Part shown: in pieces, positions 11,569 through 22,142 of the stretch
How the letters are laid out: every line of letters starts with the position of its first letter
Position numbering within the stretch: the first letter of the stretch is position 1
Source: Asterionella formosa
Lineage: Eukaryota
Assembly (NCBI GenBank): GCA_002256025.1
Contig: NKIB01000395.1
Coordinates: 1 to 33,078, forward strand
DNA: 33,078 nucleotides
Direction: 5' to 3'
Notes under the pieces: generated by a model
The model's database searches: none
What the model was told of the DNA's origin: nothing
What the model saw: the letters and a program-made list of their open reading frames with translations, nothing else
Position numbers and translations under genes: made by a program

Positions 11569-12428
11569 CCTCCCTTTTATGGTTATGAAGCAAGCAATTG
11601 ATGATGCATTGTTGCTGTTCTGTTGTCAAATCCTACAATGTATATTGGTTACTAGCAAAGGGTCAAGAGCAAACATGTGACCAAAAATCAAGGTCAGGTT
11701 AACATATTTCTAGAATACTTAAAACATATACCGGTATTTAACACCATTTGTTTCGAAATGATTATAAGGGGCTAGTAGCCGGAGAATTATCACAGAGGCA
11801 GTGACCTAAAGTTTGCAAGGGAGTACCTGTGTACATACCTGGTACCAGGGTACCCAAAATATATATATATGGCTGTTATACCAGTACTTGTAATGCTTAC
11901 ATACTGACCTGGTATCCTGATACGTAGATTACTTGAACTGCTCACAAGCTTACCGGTACCGGTATACAGAATATGTTTTTCCTCTGTTGTGATTGCTAGT
12001 CAGACGCTGCAAAGCGGGGGAACTCGATCGTTCAATGATACCGCCACACTAATAAGCACAACTAAATAACTACTGGTACCGGTATATATATACATACCGG
12101 TATATGATGTACCACGGGAACTGATTTGCTTCAACTGGTGTCGTGCATATCTTATGAACTGGATAGATAGAACCCGTTTAATTCGTGTCGCGTCGCGTCG
12201 CTTGCTGGCTGAGCGATGTACCCGTAGGAAGGTTACAACCGGTATTGTGTGTACATAGAGGCACACAAGAACACCACAAGTATACCGGTAATGGTGTCTG
12301 TGGTACTGTGGTACTGTGGTACGATATTTACACAAAGCGATGGATGCTGCATCTTTTCTTGCCTGTGGCCATAAAAACAAAACTTGAAAAAAACCGCAAT
12401 CTTCAACACCAACGCCATCACCATCACC

Positions 12429-13329
12429 ATGGGAGAGAAAATGGATCGCGGTACCGATGCACTCAAGAGTCATATCTCGAGCATCTCCAAAATGGATGTT
12501 CGCCAGGTAAGTGCGTGTGTGTGTGTGTGAGGAATCAAGTATTGCATTATAGCAACACAAGAGGCTCCACATACATCCGAGAAAGATGACACCTCGTATT
12601 CAAGCTAAGGATTTTCTCACATATTGTACTGCTTCCAACAATCACACCTAGACTCGTCGAGGTTTCTGTCAAGAAATCCTTGGATGTGAAGCTAGGACTG
12701 AATTCAAGTACTTTATCGAAGGGACGCAAGTGGCGCATTCCATTGAAGATTCAGATTGTTGCTGCCGTTTCTGGATCAGCCCTAACCACCCCTTTACTAT
12801 GGAAGTAAAGGAACTCAACACCGACGCTGAGATGATAACCATCGATCGGCCATGTCGTTGCTCCATCGGCTGCTGCAAGTGCTGCTGCTACCAAGAAATT
12901 TCCGTCAACTCAGGCGGTCAGGTCCTTGGAACACTCAAGGAAGATTGCTGGTATTGTGTCCCTGCCTTTACATCTCGTGATGAGGCTGGAAACCCAGTTT
13001 ACAAGATTCATCAACCCACGTGCTGTTGTGGAATTTGTGTCAATTGTTGCACTGAAGGCAACCCCTGCTGTGGCAGGGGCTGTTGCAAAGTACCATTCCG
13101 TGTCTATCCAGCCACACAGTCCGATACTGGAGGGGATGCTCCGTATGTGGGTAAGATTTTGAAACAGCCAAAGTCACTCATGACGGAAGCCTTCACAGAT
13201 GCCAATGCATTTGAATTGATTTTTCCAGATGGATCTACTGTGGCTCAAAAGGGAGTCATTCTTGGAACGTCCATCATGCTGAATGCTGTTTTCTTTGAAG
13301 ATACAGGTGGTGGAACTATATCAATTTAG
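12429..13329 (+). CDS. Phospholipid scramblase family protein, Cys-rich (~251 aa); exons 12429-12506, 12652-13329
   Basis: Intron GTAAGT(12507)...TAG(12651) yields MDVRQ-TRRGFCQEILGCEARTEFKY; followed by EDSDCCCRF, IDRPCRC, VGKILKQ, EAFTDANAFELIFP and QKGVILGTSIMLNAVFFE, the typical scramblase motif series. Confidence 0.88.
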
Positions 13330-13973
13330 GCAATGAATGCATCTGTACTACTTATGTTATATATACACTCTATATACGTATATATCCAGGGTTATATAAC
13401 ATGAGTGTTGTGTGCTTGTGGAGTGTGAGTAAAAAATTCAGGCAACGGCATTGCAAAGTGTGCATGCGAAGAATAATTTTGCTCCTCCCAATTACATTGA
13501 ATGTAAGATTCCAAATCGAAAAGGCAAAAGTTGGAGAGACAAGTAAGTGTAAGCCTTTCTTATAAAAGATTGGATAATGAGGATAACTACTATTTAGACC
13601 ATATTTGTGTTAGTTTATAAAGGTCCTCTCCTGAGTGTTGTTCTCAAGAATGATTTGCTGACAGAATTATGACTGCAGTTGCATCACACCTAAAAATGTG
13701 CTGATAAGTAATGATTGACTTCAATCGTCCACTTTGTCGAAGGTCCGGTGCAACACTTTTTTTACTTCAAATAATATTAAGCTAAATAACTCTTTTACCG
13801 GACGTTCCACAGGGACACAATTCTTGGGTACAATATGGTACCGGTACATACATTTTACTACGGGTTTAGAGACAGACTTACGGGCGGACAGTACCTGCTA
13901 CATCCAAATTCGTTGCGAGAATCAAAACAACATGAAGCCATGATTATCACAAGAACTGCATGATAGGAGCGTA

Positions 13974-14315
13974 ATGTCGTCGTCGTCCTCCTCCTCCTCG
14001 TCGTTGGTGTTGTCGTCTCATCAATTGATGATCCAACAAATCCATGAAACAATTCTTCAGGAGCTAGGCGCTATTCACGTCGAGGTATTGGACGAATCGT
14101 CCTCTAAAAGTCGATGTGAAGGCGGTGCAAAATTAAAAATTCTTGTCGTGTCGGAACAATTTACCAACGTGTCATTATTACAACGCCATCGAAAGGTCAA
14201 CACAGCAGTAAAGGAGTACATGAAGTACATTCATGCATTGACTATTCAAGCCTATACTCGAACTCAATATGATGCTATTTTGACTCAGCAACAAGAAAAC
14301 AATACTACATTGTAA
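13974..14315 (+). CDS. BolA-family protein (BOLA2-like)
   Basis: HVEVLDES...CEGGAKLKILVVSEQF..SLLQRHRKVN...IHALTIQA matches the BolA consensus, with the N-terminal Cys and conserved His. Start may be a downstream Met. Confidence 0.9.
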   Translation: MSSSSSSSSSLVLSSHQLMIQQIHETILQELGAIHVEVLDESSSKSRCEGGAKLKILVVSEQFTNVSLLQRHRKVNTAVKEYMKYIHALTIQAYTRTQYDAILTQQQENNTTL

Positions 14316-14661
14316 ATAATTTGTCATCCATTTCTGATGGGCCATTTTGCAACAATCTCTGGCAACATGATCAGCAATGAAAGGAAAGTAAGCAAGGAAA
14401 CTTGACTTGATGAGGATAGTCTTACAATAATTATCTCTCTTTCTCTATAAGCAAATAGATAAGTCGTTTCGGATCAACCCATTTGTTCCCACTCACATGA
14501 TGGTTGTCACAACTACAACTAATCAATTCGAATGCGCCTTTTCAGTGCAGAATATATTCCCAAAGCGATCATGTCAGTTATACATGTACTTATTAGAAGT
14601 GAACTCAATGAAACGTTATCGAATAGTAGTAGACGTAGTATCCAAAAGCCAAAGTACATTT

Positions 14662-15373
14662 TTATTTGAATATATTCATACAAACATGATCCACTTCTGG
14701 GCATGAACAATATGGTGGAATTCGCGTGAACCCCAATTGCTCGTACAATGATACTGCACCTTTCTGTAAAAACAGTGAACGAAGAAAGAAACATGACGAA
14801 TGAGATGAGGAAGGAGATGAAATAACGATGATACATAAAAATCAAAGAACAACTATATCATTTTATTGTACGTACCAATCGTTCGAGACTATCCAATTTC
14901 AATTCCGTATACCCATTTTCCCACGCATGATGAATAATAGTTGTAGCCAACCAATGTCCAATTCCATTTCGTCGTACAGAATTTCGTATATACATGCGTT
15001 TCACTTCTCCACAAGTATTTGTATGCTCCATGGGACGCAGAGCAATGCATCCCACCACGTCTTGAGTACTTGCGATGGTTGGTTCTTGTCCTTGTCCTTG
15101 AATGGCCACAAATAATCCGCCTCGTTGGTTAAAATCATATTTTCCAGGCAAGTTGGTCAATTCAGATTGAAAGCCTTGAAATCCTAAATCACAATTCATT
15201 GTATACAATTCATCAAAATATAATTGAAACAATTCCTTGACTCCCTGACGAAGGATTTGTTGTTGTTTTCGTGACAACATTACATCATCATCAGTCGTAG
15301 TAGTATTGTCATTATGCCATTCAACTCGAACAATGGAAATTTGGTTATTATTATTGTTGGTCGAAGCTGCCAT
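14662..15373 (-). CDS. GNAT-family N-acetyltransferase (~199 aa); exons 15373-14876, 14763-14662
   Basis: DLGFQGFQSELTNLPGKY, VGCIALRP, GEVKRMYIR..RRNGIG (acetyl-CoA motif A), GYTELKLDSLERL. Intron GTACGT(14875)...CAG(14764) restores KGAVSLYEQLGF (motif B) and a TAA stop at 14664-14662. Confidence 0.9.
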
Positions 15374-15760
15374 TGTTCTTGAATGGATAGAACGTAATGA
15401 TGAATAACTAATAATGTTGTTGTTGTTGTTGTTGTTTGCTGAGAACAAGACAAATAGAAAATCGATCATGACTAACAATGGTGGACGATGCATCCAGTGT
15501 AGTATATATTAGATTTCGGTAGACGACTACCGGTACCGTATACTGGGACGAGACAAGAGGAACAAGCGGTTCGTTTGTTTGGCTTTTGACAATATCACTC
15601 TCATGCTTCATCAGTACCGGTAATTCGTTTCCTCGCGTCGCTTCCAGGCGGAGGGAGCTACCAGTACCGTATGTAGGTTACCGGTATTATAAATTAGGTA
15701 TAGTATCTGTACTGTGTACCTGGTACCTGGTACTGTGAACTACTGTATAACTGGTACCAG

Positions 15761-15780
15761 GGTACCTGGTACCAGGTACC
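15761..15780. repeat. Perfect 20-bp palindrome GGTACCTGGTACCAGGTACC within a GGTACC-rich tract
   Basis: Self-complementary, read directly; the same sequence recurs at 19567-19586. Confidence 0.8.
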
Positions 15781-16099
15781 GGTACTGGATACCCAGTACA
15801 TGTACTCTACACTCTATACACTCTTTACAGCTTATTATAGAAGAACACACATTTACATACAAATTATGTTACCGGTAGATACCGTACTGTAAGCTATAAG
15901 TATATGGAAAGGGGGTGTACATTGGTGAAAGCTCCGTTCGTTTACCAGTAGTGATATACATTTACATTTTAATAGTTAGAAGTGTGTGTTTGACTACCGG
16001 TACTCTGACTTAATATTATATTTTAAACCCTACCTCTAATCTAGGGTTGAAATGCAGGAACCTGCCTTCCATGAAATTCAATTCAATTCATTTCTGTTA

Positions 16100-18547
16100 C
16101 TAATTCTCCATAAAATCCAACCGGACCACACGGTTGGCTTCCACCATGTTTTTCAAGGCACTCATCGTTTCTGTCCAGGTCCTAGTTTTAAGACCACAAT
16201 CAGGATTGACAACCAACTGCTCTGCTGGAGTTCCGCATTTCAGGAAGCTTCGCAACTTGCGTTCCATGAATGCAACAGTTGGGACAACGGGAGAATGAAT
16301 GTCGTACAGACCAGGCCCAAGTCCCTTGCTGTAGCCAATCTTGTTAAAAGCCACCAACGTGGCATCATCACTGCGGGCGTTTTCAATGGAGTTCACGTCC
16401 GTGTCCATGCGATCAATGGCATCCATGCAATCTCCGAACTCACAATAACACATGTGAGTATGGATCTGAGTCGAACCATTGGCGCCAGCTGTGGCAAGAC
16501 GGAAGGAATCGACAGTCCAAGTCAGATACTCGGCCTTTGCGGCAGAACGGAGAGGCATGGCCTCACGAAGAGCGGGCTCGTCGACTTGAATGACAAGGCA
16601 CCCAGCTGCTTCTAAATCAGAGATCTCATCGCGAACTGCAAGAGCAATCTGCATGGCTTGGTCCTCACGGGAAATGTCAACACGTGGGAACGACCAATTC
16701 AGTATTGTCACTGGACCAGTCAACATGCCCTTGACAGGTTTGCTAGTAAGCGATTGAGCGACGATGAACTCGCGAGTTGTCATGGCACCACCACCACGAC
16801 GAGAAATGTCGCTCCAGAAGATGGGGGGACGCACGCAACGGCTTCCAAAGGATTGGACCCACCCATTCAAACTAAAGAGCATACCATCCATTTGTTGAGC
16901 AAAGAATTCAACCATGTCCGTACGTTCTGCTTCGCCATGAACCAAAATGTCAAGACCAAGCGCCTCTTGCACACCAATGGCAAAGGCTATCTGAACATCA
17001 ATGGCAGCATTGTATTCAGCAACACTCATGGCACCACTCTTGAGCTTGGTACGAAGGTTGCGGACCTCCGCGGTCTGAGGGAACGAACCAATAGTAGTCG
17101 TTGGCAGTAATGGAAGGCCTAACAATTGCTTTGGACGGCGACTTTGGTATGGTTCAGAACGACAAAAGTCAGACTGCGTCAAGGCGGCAACTCGCTGTTG
17201 TACGTGAGCATCGCTACCAACAGCAGTGCGATAGATAGTCCAAGACTTGCTGTGCTCGATCAGTTCGAAACTGCCACTCTTTACAGCCGTTGCTACTGTT
17301 GTCAACTCTTGCAACTTTTCTTTGCCAAAGGCAAGGACCTCAATAGCTGGATGAGTAGCAATGTCAGTTTCGCAACTAAGATCCCATGGAACAAATTGAA
17401 GTGACGCAGAAGGCTGAATTCGGATATTCATAGTTCCAGCAATGGAGCATAGTTCCTTGAGAAGTGGCATGGTATTGGCAGGATCCACTTTCCACACACT
17501 TCTACCATCCACAACGCCAGCTCCAAGAGTTTTCGTACGAGGAAAGCCGAATTTGCGAACAATCGCAAGGTTGTCGCCACGCGTAAAGTCAAGAGAAATG
17601 ATGGAAACTTCCTTGATCCCAACCAGAAACTTGTAGTTCGCCTCACCAACATCTTGAAAGAAAGACACCATGTTAATGGATGGAAGCGTAGTAGTCACAT
17701 CCTTGGGGAAGATGGCTGGATACACTTGCTCAAATAGTGGCAGCAAGGTGGCATCATCAAAGATGAGAGCAGGCTCATGAATTTGCACTTCAGTCACTCC
17801 CATGACGGCAAGCTCGTGAATCAAGTTACGGTAAATGGGAATGAGGTCATCAAGTAGTGCCAAACGCTGAAGTCCGATAGCCACAGTATCCTGCTTGAAC
17901 TGGACAAGTTTGGCAATGGTCACTGGACCCATAATGACAGGGACAGCACGGTCCTTGCCCAAATAGGAGAGACCACGCTTGACATTAGCGAGATAGGAAC
18001 TGAAGTTGGCATTGACCAAAGTCGTCATATCGACTTCAGGGACCATGTAGTGGTAGTTGCTGGTAAACCACTTTTTCATGCCTGTTCAATGAAATGATAA
18101 ATAAGCCAGTAGGCCATAAGTGAGCTTCAAAAGAATGCGGAACAACGAAACACAATAGTTACAAATGAGGATGCCTGATATCTGACCGCATACAAATGTT
18201 TTGTACTTACTCAAAGCTGGGGCACCATCCACTCCACGGGCCATGGCAAACATGCGGTCGGCACCAGATTTCATCGTACCAAATCTAGTTGGCACAATAC
18301 CAAGCCACTCCGTCCAAGTCAACAATCCATCGTAAAGGTATTGATCTCCGACAGTAACACGATCCACTCCAGCCTGGACTGCCAAATCCCACGCCATTGT
18401 TTCAACGTTACTGGCCACAGCAAGAAGATCCGTGAGAGTCATTTGAGCTCTCCAGTACTTTTCAAGTGCGAACTTGAGTTCTCGACGTGGGCCCATACGG
18501 GCATACCCAAGAGTGGCAGTGCTGATACTGGCGTGGTGCACTGTCAT
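16100..18547 (-). CDS. metE: Cobalamin-independent methionine synthase (~772 aa); exons 18547-18211, 18081-16100
   Basis: LGYARMGPRRELKFALE, ALS-MKKWFTSNYHY (joined across intron GTAAGT 18210...CAG 18082), PTTTIGSFPQT, HGEAERTDMVEFF, WVQSFGSRCVRPP, KGMLTGPVTILNWSF, IQVDEPALRE, Zn-ligand HMCYCEF and NPDCGLKTR. No stops or frameshifts. Confidence 0.98.
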
Positions 18548-18781
18548 GATGATGATGGTTGAAAGTTGAGAGTGAGTTGTGAGTACAGTTAGTTCTGTTC
18601 GAGTAGGAGCTCGTTCAAAATTTGTGTGTTATTAGTGTTGAAAACCAAAAACGAGGCAGGCAAAATGTCAAGGAAACAATGGAACAGCGTCGACGTCTTC
18701 TTTTACTAGTTCTATGTATAGCACTAAGTATAGCATCGTACACACAGCTATACGATGCACAGTAATTCAATTCCTGTTTTT

Positions 18782-19440
18782 GTAGAACATGATTCATTCT
18801 CGCTTCAATAACATACCGGTAGTCTACTTACTGGTATCATAGCTAATACTAATAAAAATAGGTAAAGTAGCAAACTATAGTCTGCCAGTACTATACCGGT
18901 AGAAGTGTTAATGGTGAGGCAGAGGAGGAGCAAGTCGTCCATCCACACGAAGCATGTGCATCATGATGTTTCTAATGATCTGGTCGCTAATAACAAAAGC
19001 GCTAAATATGAATACGACTATCTCCATACTATCATACTGCTGTGCGTGGTTGGGATTTACGAACTATATTCCGATAGTTAGTTATACTATAACAACCTCC
19101 TACTATATAGGAACATTTGTACTGAGAATTGTGAAACACGTGCGTGCATCATGGCTGAGGACACGAAGCATGTGCAACATTGGTATGGGTCCAGTTTGAT
19201 GAACGTGTTTCGTTGCTCGTCGGGGGAGACATGACAAAATATATTAATATAGGATCACCTGCAAAAAGTGAGACGCCAGGATGATGATGATGCAAATGAT
19301 TCCTATTTGCTATTTATGCATTTTGTCAGACATACCGGTACATTTTATGTACCAGTAGAATACCGGTACCGATAATTTGCGGGCCTACCATTTCGATCGA
19401 CGATGCTTTGTGCTGGTGATGGTTCTGAAGAACGTGATTC
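18782..19440. promoter_or_regulatory. Array of 14-nt pseudo-palindromic motifs (GAADCAYGTKCWWC) upstream of METE; candidate B12-responsive elements
   Basis: Strong copies: 18782-18795 (rc GAATCATGTTCTAC), 18949-18962 GAAGCATGTGCATC, 19165-19178 GAAGCATGTGCAAC, 19198-19211 (rc GAAACACGTTCATC), 19427-19440 (rc GAATCACGTTCTTC). Weaker: 19133-19146, 19289-19302. Function inferred. Confidence 0.7.
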
Positions 19441-19565
19441 ATTACCGGTAACTAATCTACCGGTGTTAGTCACCAATAGTGTGTACCAGGTACCGTCTGT
19501 CATGCTTCAAGAATCACAATCGTTTCGTCAGCAGGAAATACCGGTACCTGGTAGCTCTTCCAGGG

Positions 19566-19587
19566 TGGTACCTGGTACCAGGTACCA
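19566..19587. repeat. Perfect 22-bp palindrome TGGTACCTGGTACCAGGTACCA
   Basis: Self-complementary, read directly. Confidence 0.8.
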
Positions 19588-19842
19588 GTACTACCTAATA
19601 GGAGTACCAGTACGGTGTATGTATTATTATGCAGTTATGATGCGATAGTTAGCAGGAGTACTAAATCTCATGGTATTCCGTACTGCATAATTCATGCGTA
19701 CATACTACCGGTATATGCACACCTGTTTACTCCCACTGCATCGCTCAGCCGGGTATTTAATGAACACGACGACGGAACAAACATTCCAACGTCTTCCTCT
19801 ATCATTGTGATATCTGTTTCTTCATTGTTATCCTGACTAATA

Positions 19843-21672
19843 ATGACCATGACGATGAAGAAGACGATGACAAAGAACATGTTGTTGGTTGTAATACTGC
19901 TGATGAATAAGAAGAGAGGAGTGGCCTTTACATTTTCTCCTCCCCTGATACTTCTACATGATCCATCGCACCATTATCGATTCCTACAACAACAAAATGG
20001 CTATAACTACAACAATTACTACAAAAATGAATACAACAACATTTTACAGGCCACTTCGTCTCGAGAATTACAAGAACGGAATCCAAATAAAATCCGTTTG
20101 GCTCGTGCTGTTGCTAGAATTAAAAAGCAACAACCACCACCACCAATTCCATCAGAATCAGCAGCAACAACAACAACAACATCTTCATTGAGAGTATTGA
20201 ATCAAGTCATTCTGGAAACAACATTGGAAAATAAAAAAAGATTTTTAACAGACAATAGTAAAATTGTACAAACCCAAGATAGTATGACCATGTTGTTGGG
20301 ATATCATCATCATCATCATCATTACAACAACAGCAACATACAACAAGTGATTGTGGTTTTCGGGAAAACATTGGGAGGTACAATAGAAGGACTTGTATCA
20401 GTGGAATATGCAAGTCGGATTCAGCAATTGGTTCAACTCCTTAATGAACAACAACTCTACTATGATTCAGCGTTGATATGTTTTTGTGCTCCAGATGAAG
20501 GCGAGGGAATAATTGGAGTACCGTTTCGCGGAATAACAAATAATGTACCATCCTTGGTACGAATTCAGAAATTATCTTCATCATCACCTACTACAACAAC
20601 GAAATCTTCTACATCATCACCTACTGCTGCTACTACAAGAAATCGAGGATCTACTATGGTGGATTCTGGATTTACCTATTTTCAACATTTGATGAAATCA
20701 CAAGGATTGGAAACATTATTATCCAACAACTCAATAAGGAGGGAATACTTTTTAGATAATGATGGGAATGACAATAGTGATATTGATGATGATACTGGTA
20801 TTGATGGACATCAAAATCATGCCTTGAGCAACATTGTGACACTTATTAAAAAGGAATTTTTGACAAAATGGTTGGCATCATCAGCTGTAGTGACTGCATC
20901 GTCAGATGCACAGCAACAACAACAATCTGTCAATAAGCCGCAAAAACGACTTCATATACACTTTACATTGATAAGTACAGATTATCATTTATGCAATTTA
21001 AATGACATTCATCGGCGATCACCGAATCAATCATTATTACGACCATTGGAACAATTGGAAGAGGAATATTATGATGATCATCATTCCATTGAAACATCAT
21101 GGAGTTTTAGATATGCAACTTATCCCTTCAAACAAACAAAATTGGATACTACGGCATTTTTGGGAAAATGTTTTGTATTGAATGAACAATTGTTACCATT
21201 GTTATTGAATCTACGGGGTGTCGTAAACGAAAAAGAATTCTTCCAACGAGAGAATTATATGGTTCTAGCAACAGTTCGGCGAGGGTTGGTGTCCTATATG
21301 GAAGACTTGTACAAGTCATCCCTTGTGCAGCTACGATCATCATTGCGCCAATGCAGCACAAATAATTCTGCAGATATAGCAATCGATGTCATCTTAGAAG
21401 GAGCAATCTTAAGCTTGGGTCGGTGCATGGATGTCGTCCGACCTGCAGGTCTGCATGTTGGCACTGTCAGTAAAGAAGATTATTACAAGGCCTTGAAATC
21501 ATTGGAACATTGCATGGGACAAATTCGAACCTATTGTGATCCGGATCAACCCTTGCCGCTCAATGAGTGGGGAAAGTTGGACTGTGATTGTTTAGATGGG
21601 GCCTTGATGATGTTGAACAATAGTGACGAGGAGATTACGGAAGACAATTATGTGGCTGCCTTGGAAAAATGA
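19843..21672 (+). CDS. Hypothetical protein (~609 aa) with a DUF218/YdcF-like Rossmannoid region and possible N-terminal targeting peptide
   Basis: Long intronless ORF. Motif order VIVVFGK...EYASRI..LV.LL...ICFC...FTLISTDYHL resembles DUF218 (IVVLG...R...IFSGG...LVTS.YH), interrupted by low-complexity inserts, followed by a helical C-terminal region. Domain call is by eye; exact start Met uncertain. Confidence 0.7.
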   Translation: MTMTMKKTMTKNMLLVVILLMNKKRGVAFTFSPPLILLHDPSHHYRFLQQQNGYNYNNYYKNEYNNILQATSSRELQERNPNKIRLARAVARIKKQQPPPPIPSESAATTTTTSSLRVLNQVILETTLENKKRFLTDNSKIVQTQDSMTMLLGYHHHHHHYNNSNIQQVIVVFGKTLGGTIEGLVSVEYASRIQQLVQLLNEQQLYYDSALICFCAPDEGEGIIGVPFRGITNNVPSLVRIQKLSSSSPTTTTKSSTSSPTAATTRNRGSTMVDSGFTYFQHLMKSQGLETLLSNNSIRREYFLDNDGNDNSDIDDDTGIDGHQNHALSNIVTLIKKEFLTKWLASSAVVTASSDAQQQQQSVNKPQKRLHIHFTLISTDYHLCNLNDIHRRSPNQSLLRPLEQLEEEYYDDHHSIETSWSFRYATYPFKQTKLDTTAFLGKCFVLNEQLLPLLLNLRGVVNEKEFFQRENYMVLATVRRGLVSYMEDLYKSSLVQLRSSLRQCSTNNSADIAIDVILEGAILSLGRCMDVVRPAGLHVGTVSKEDYYKALKSLEHCMGQIRTYCDPDQPLPLNEWGKLDCDCLDGALMMLNNSDEEITEDNYVAALEK

Positions 21673-22142
21673 TGGAACAGAGAGCTAAAAGTCAGAGAAT
21701 AAATTCTGATGCTCACAATTTCATCAAAATACTCAAATATGTCATTGACACTGTCTTTTGTAAAACTAGATTTTGGCATAAACTGAGAATGAATCATTCG
21801 AGTGACCAAGTTGAATGGCTGATTGACCTCATCAAGCTATAGATATAATAGGACAGACCTTTCCTACCTATTTCACCAGAATCAGAATCGAATTGTTGGT
21901 ATTATGGTGAAGTCAGATCTTGCGTCGACCTTATAGATTGCACAAACCAATTTGTTGCTATACCATGAGATGTTGCGTTTACTTCCGTTCTTGCTTCGAA
22001 CGCTTCATCATCATTCCATAAAAGACATACAGGCGTGGCTGAGTGAGAAGGTAGGTTAGCATTGAATCTTAAATGCAGTAATTTTCGTATATCTGTTGTG
22101 GGACACCAACTCCATGCTGAACGAAAACATTTAAACAAGCAT

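Noticed and set aside
11288..11629. 113-aa minus-strand ORF with ETETET run
   Set aside because: Non-ATG start, microsatellite-derived repeat, no domain, lies in a probable degenerate repeat tract.
12000..12589. 190-aa and 134-aa ORFs overlapping the scramblase promoter and intron
   Set aside because: Non-coding composition with palindromic motifs; explained by the scramblase exon/intron model.
15717..15790. CRISPR-like palindromic repeats
   Set aside because: No regular repeat-spacer periodicity, no cas genes, eukaryotic context.
16052..17636. Series of long antisense ORFs (187, 150, 92, 64 aa) over METE
   Set aside because: Antisense shadows of a codon-biased conserved gene; no recognisable protein features.
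18086..18210. ORF-track C-terminus of the 153-aa METE fragment suggesting a split gene or pseudogene
   Set aside because: A canonical 129-nt GT-AG intron joins both parts in frame.
5187..18547. Operon-like metabolic cluster (P5CR, cytochrome b5, BolA, GNAT, METE)
   Set aside because: Mixed strands, unrelated pathways and intervening housekeeping genes; ordinary compact gene order is sufficient.
18548..19842. Cobalamin riboswitch upstream of METE
   Set aside because: I could not find the B12-box or conserved core by eye; the signal is a short dispersed DNA-type motif. An Infernal search would settle it.
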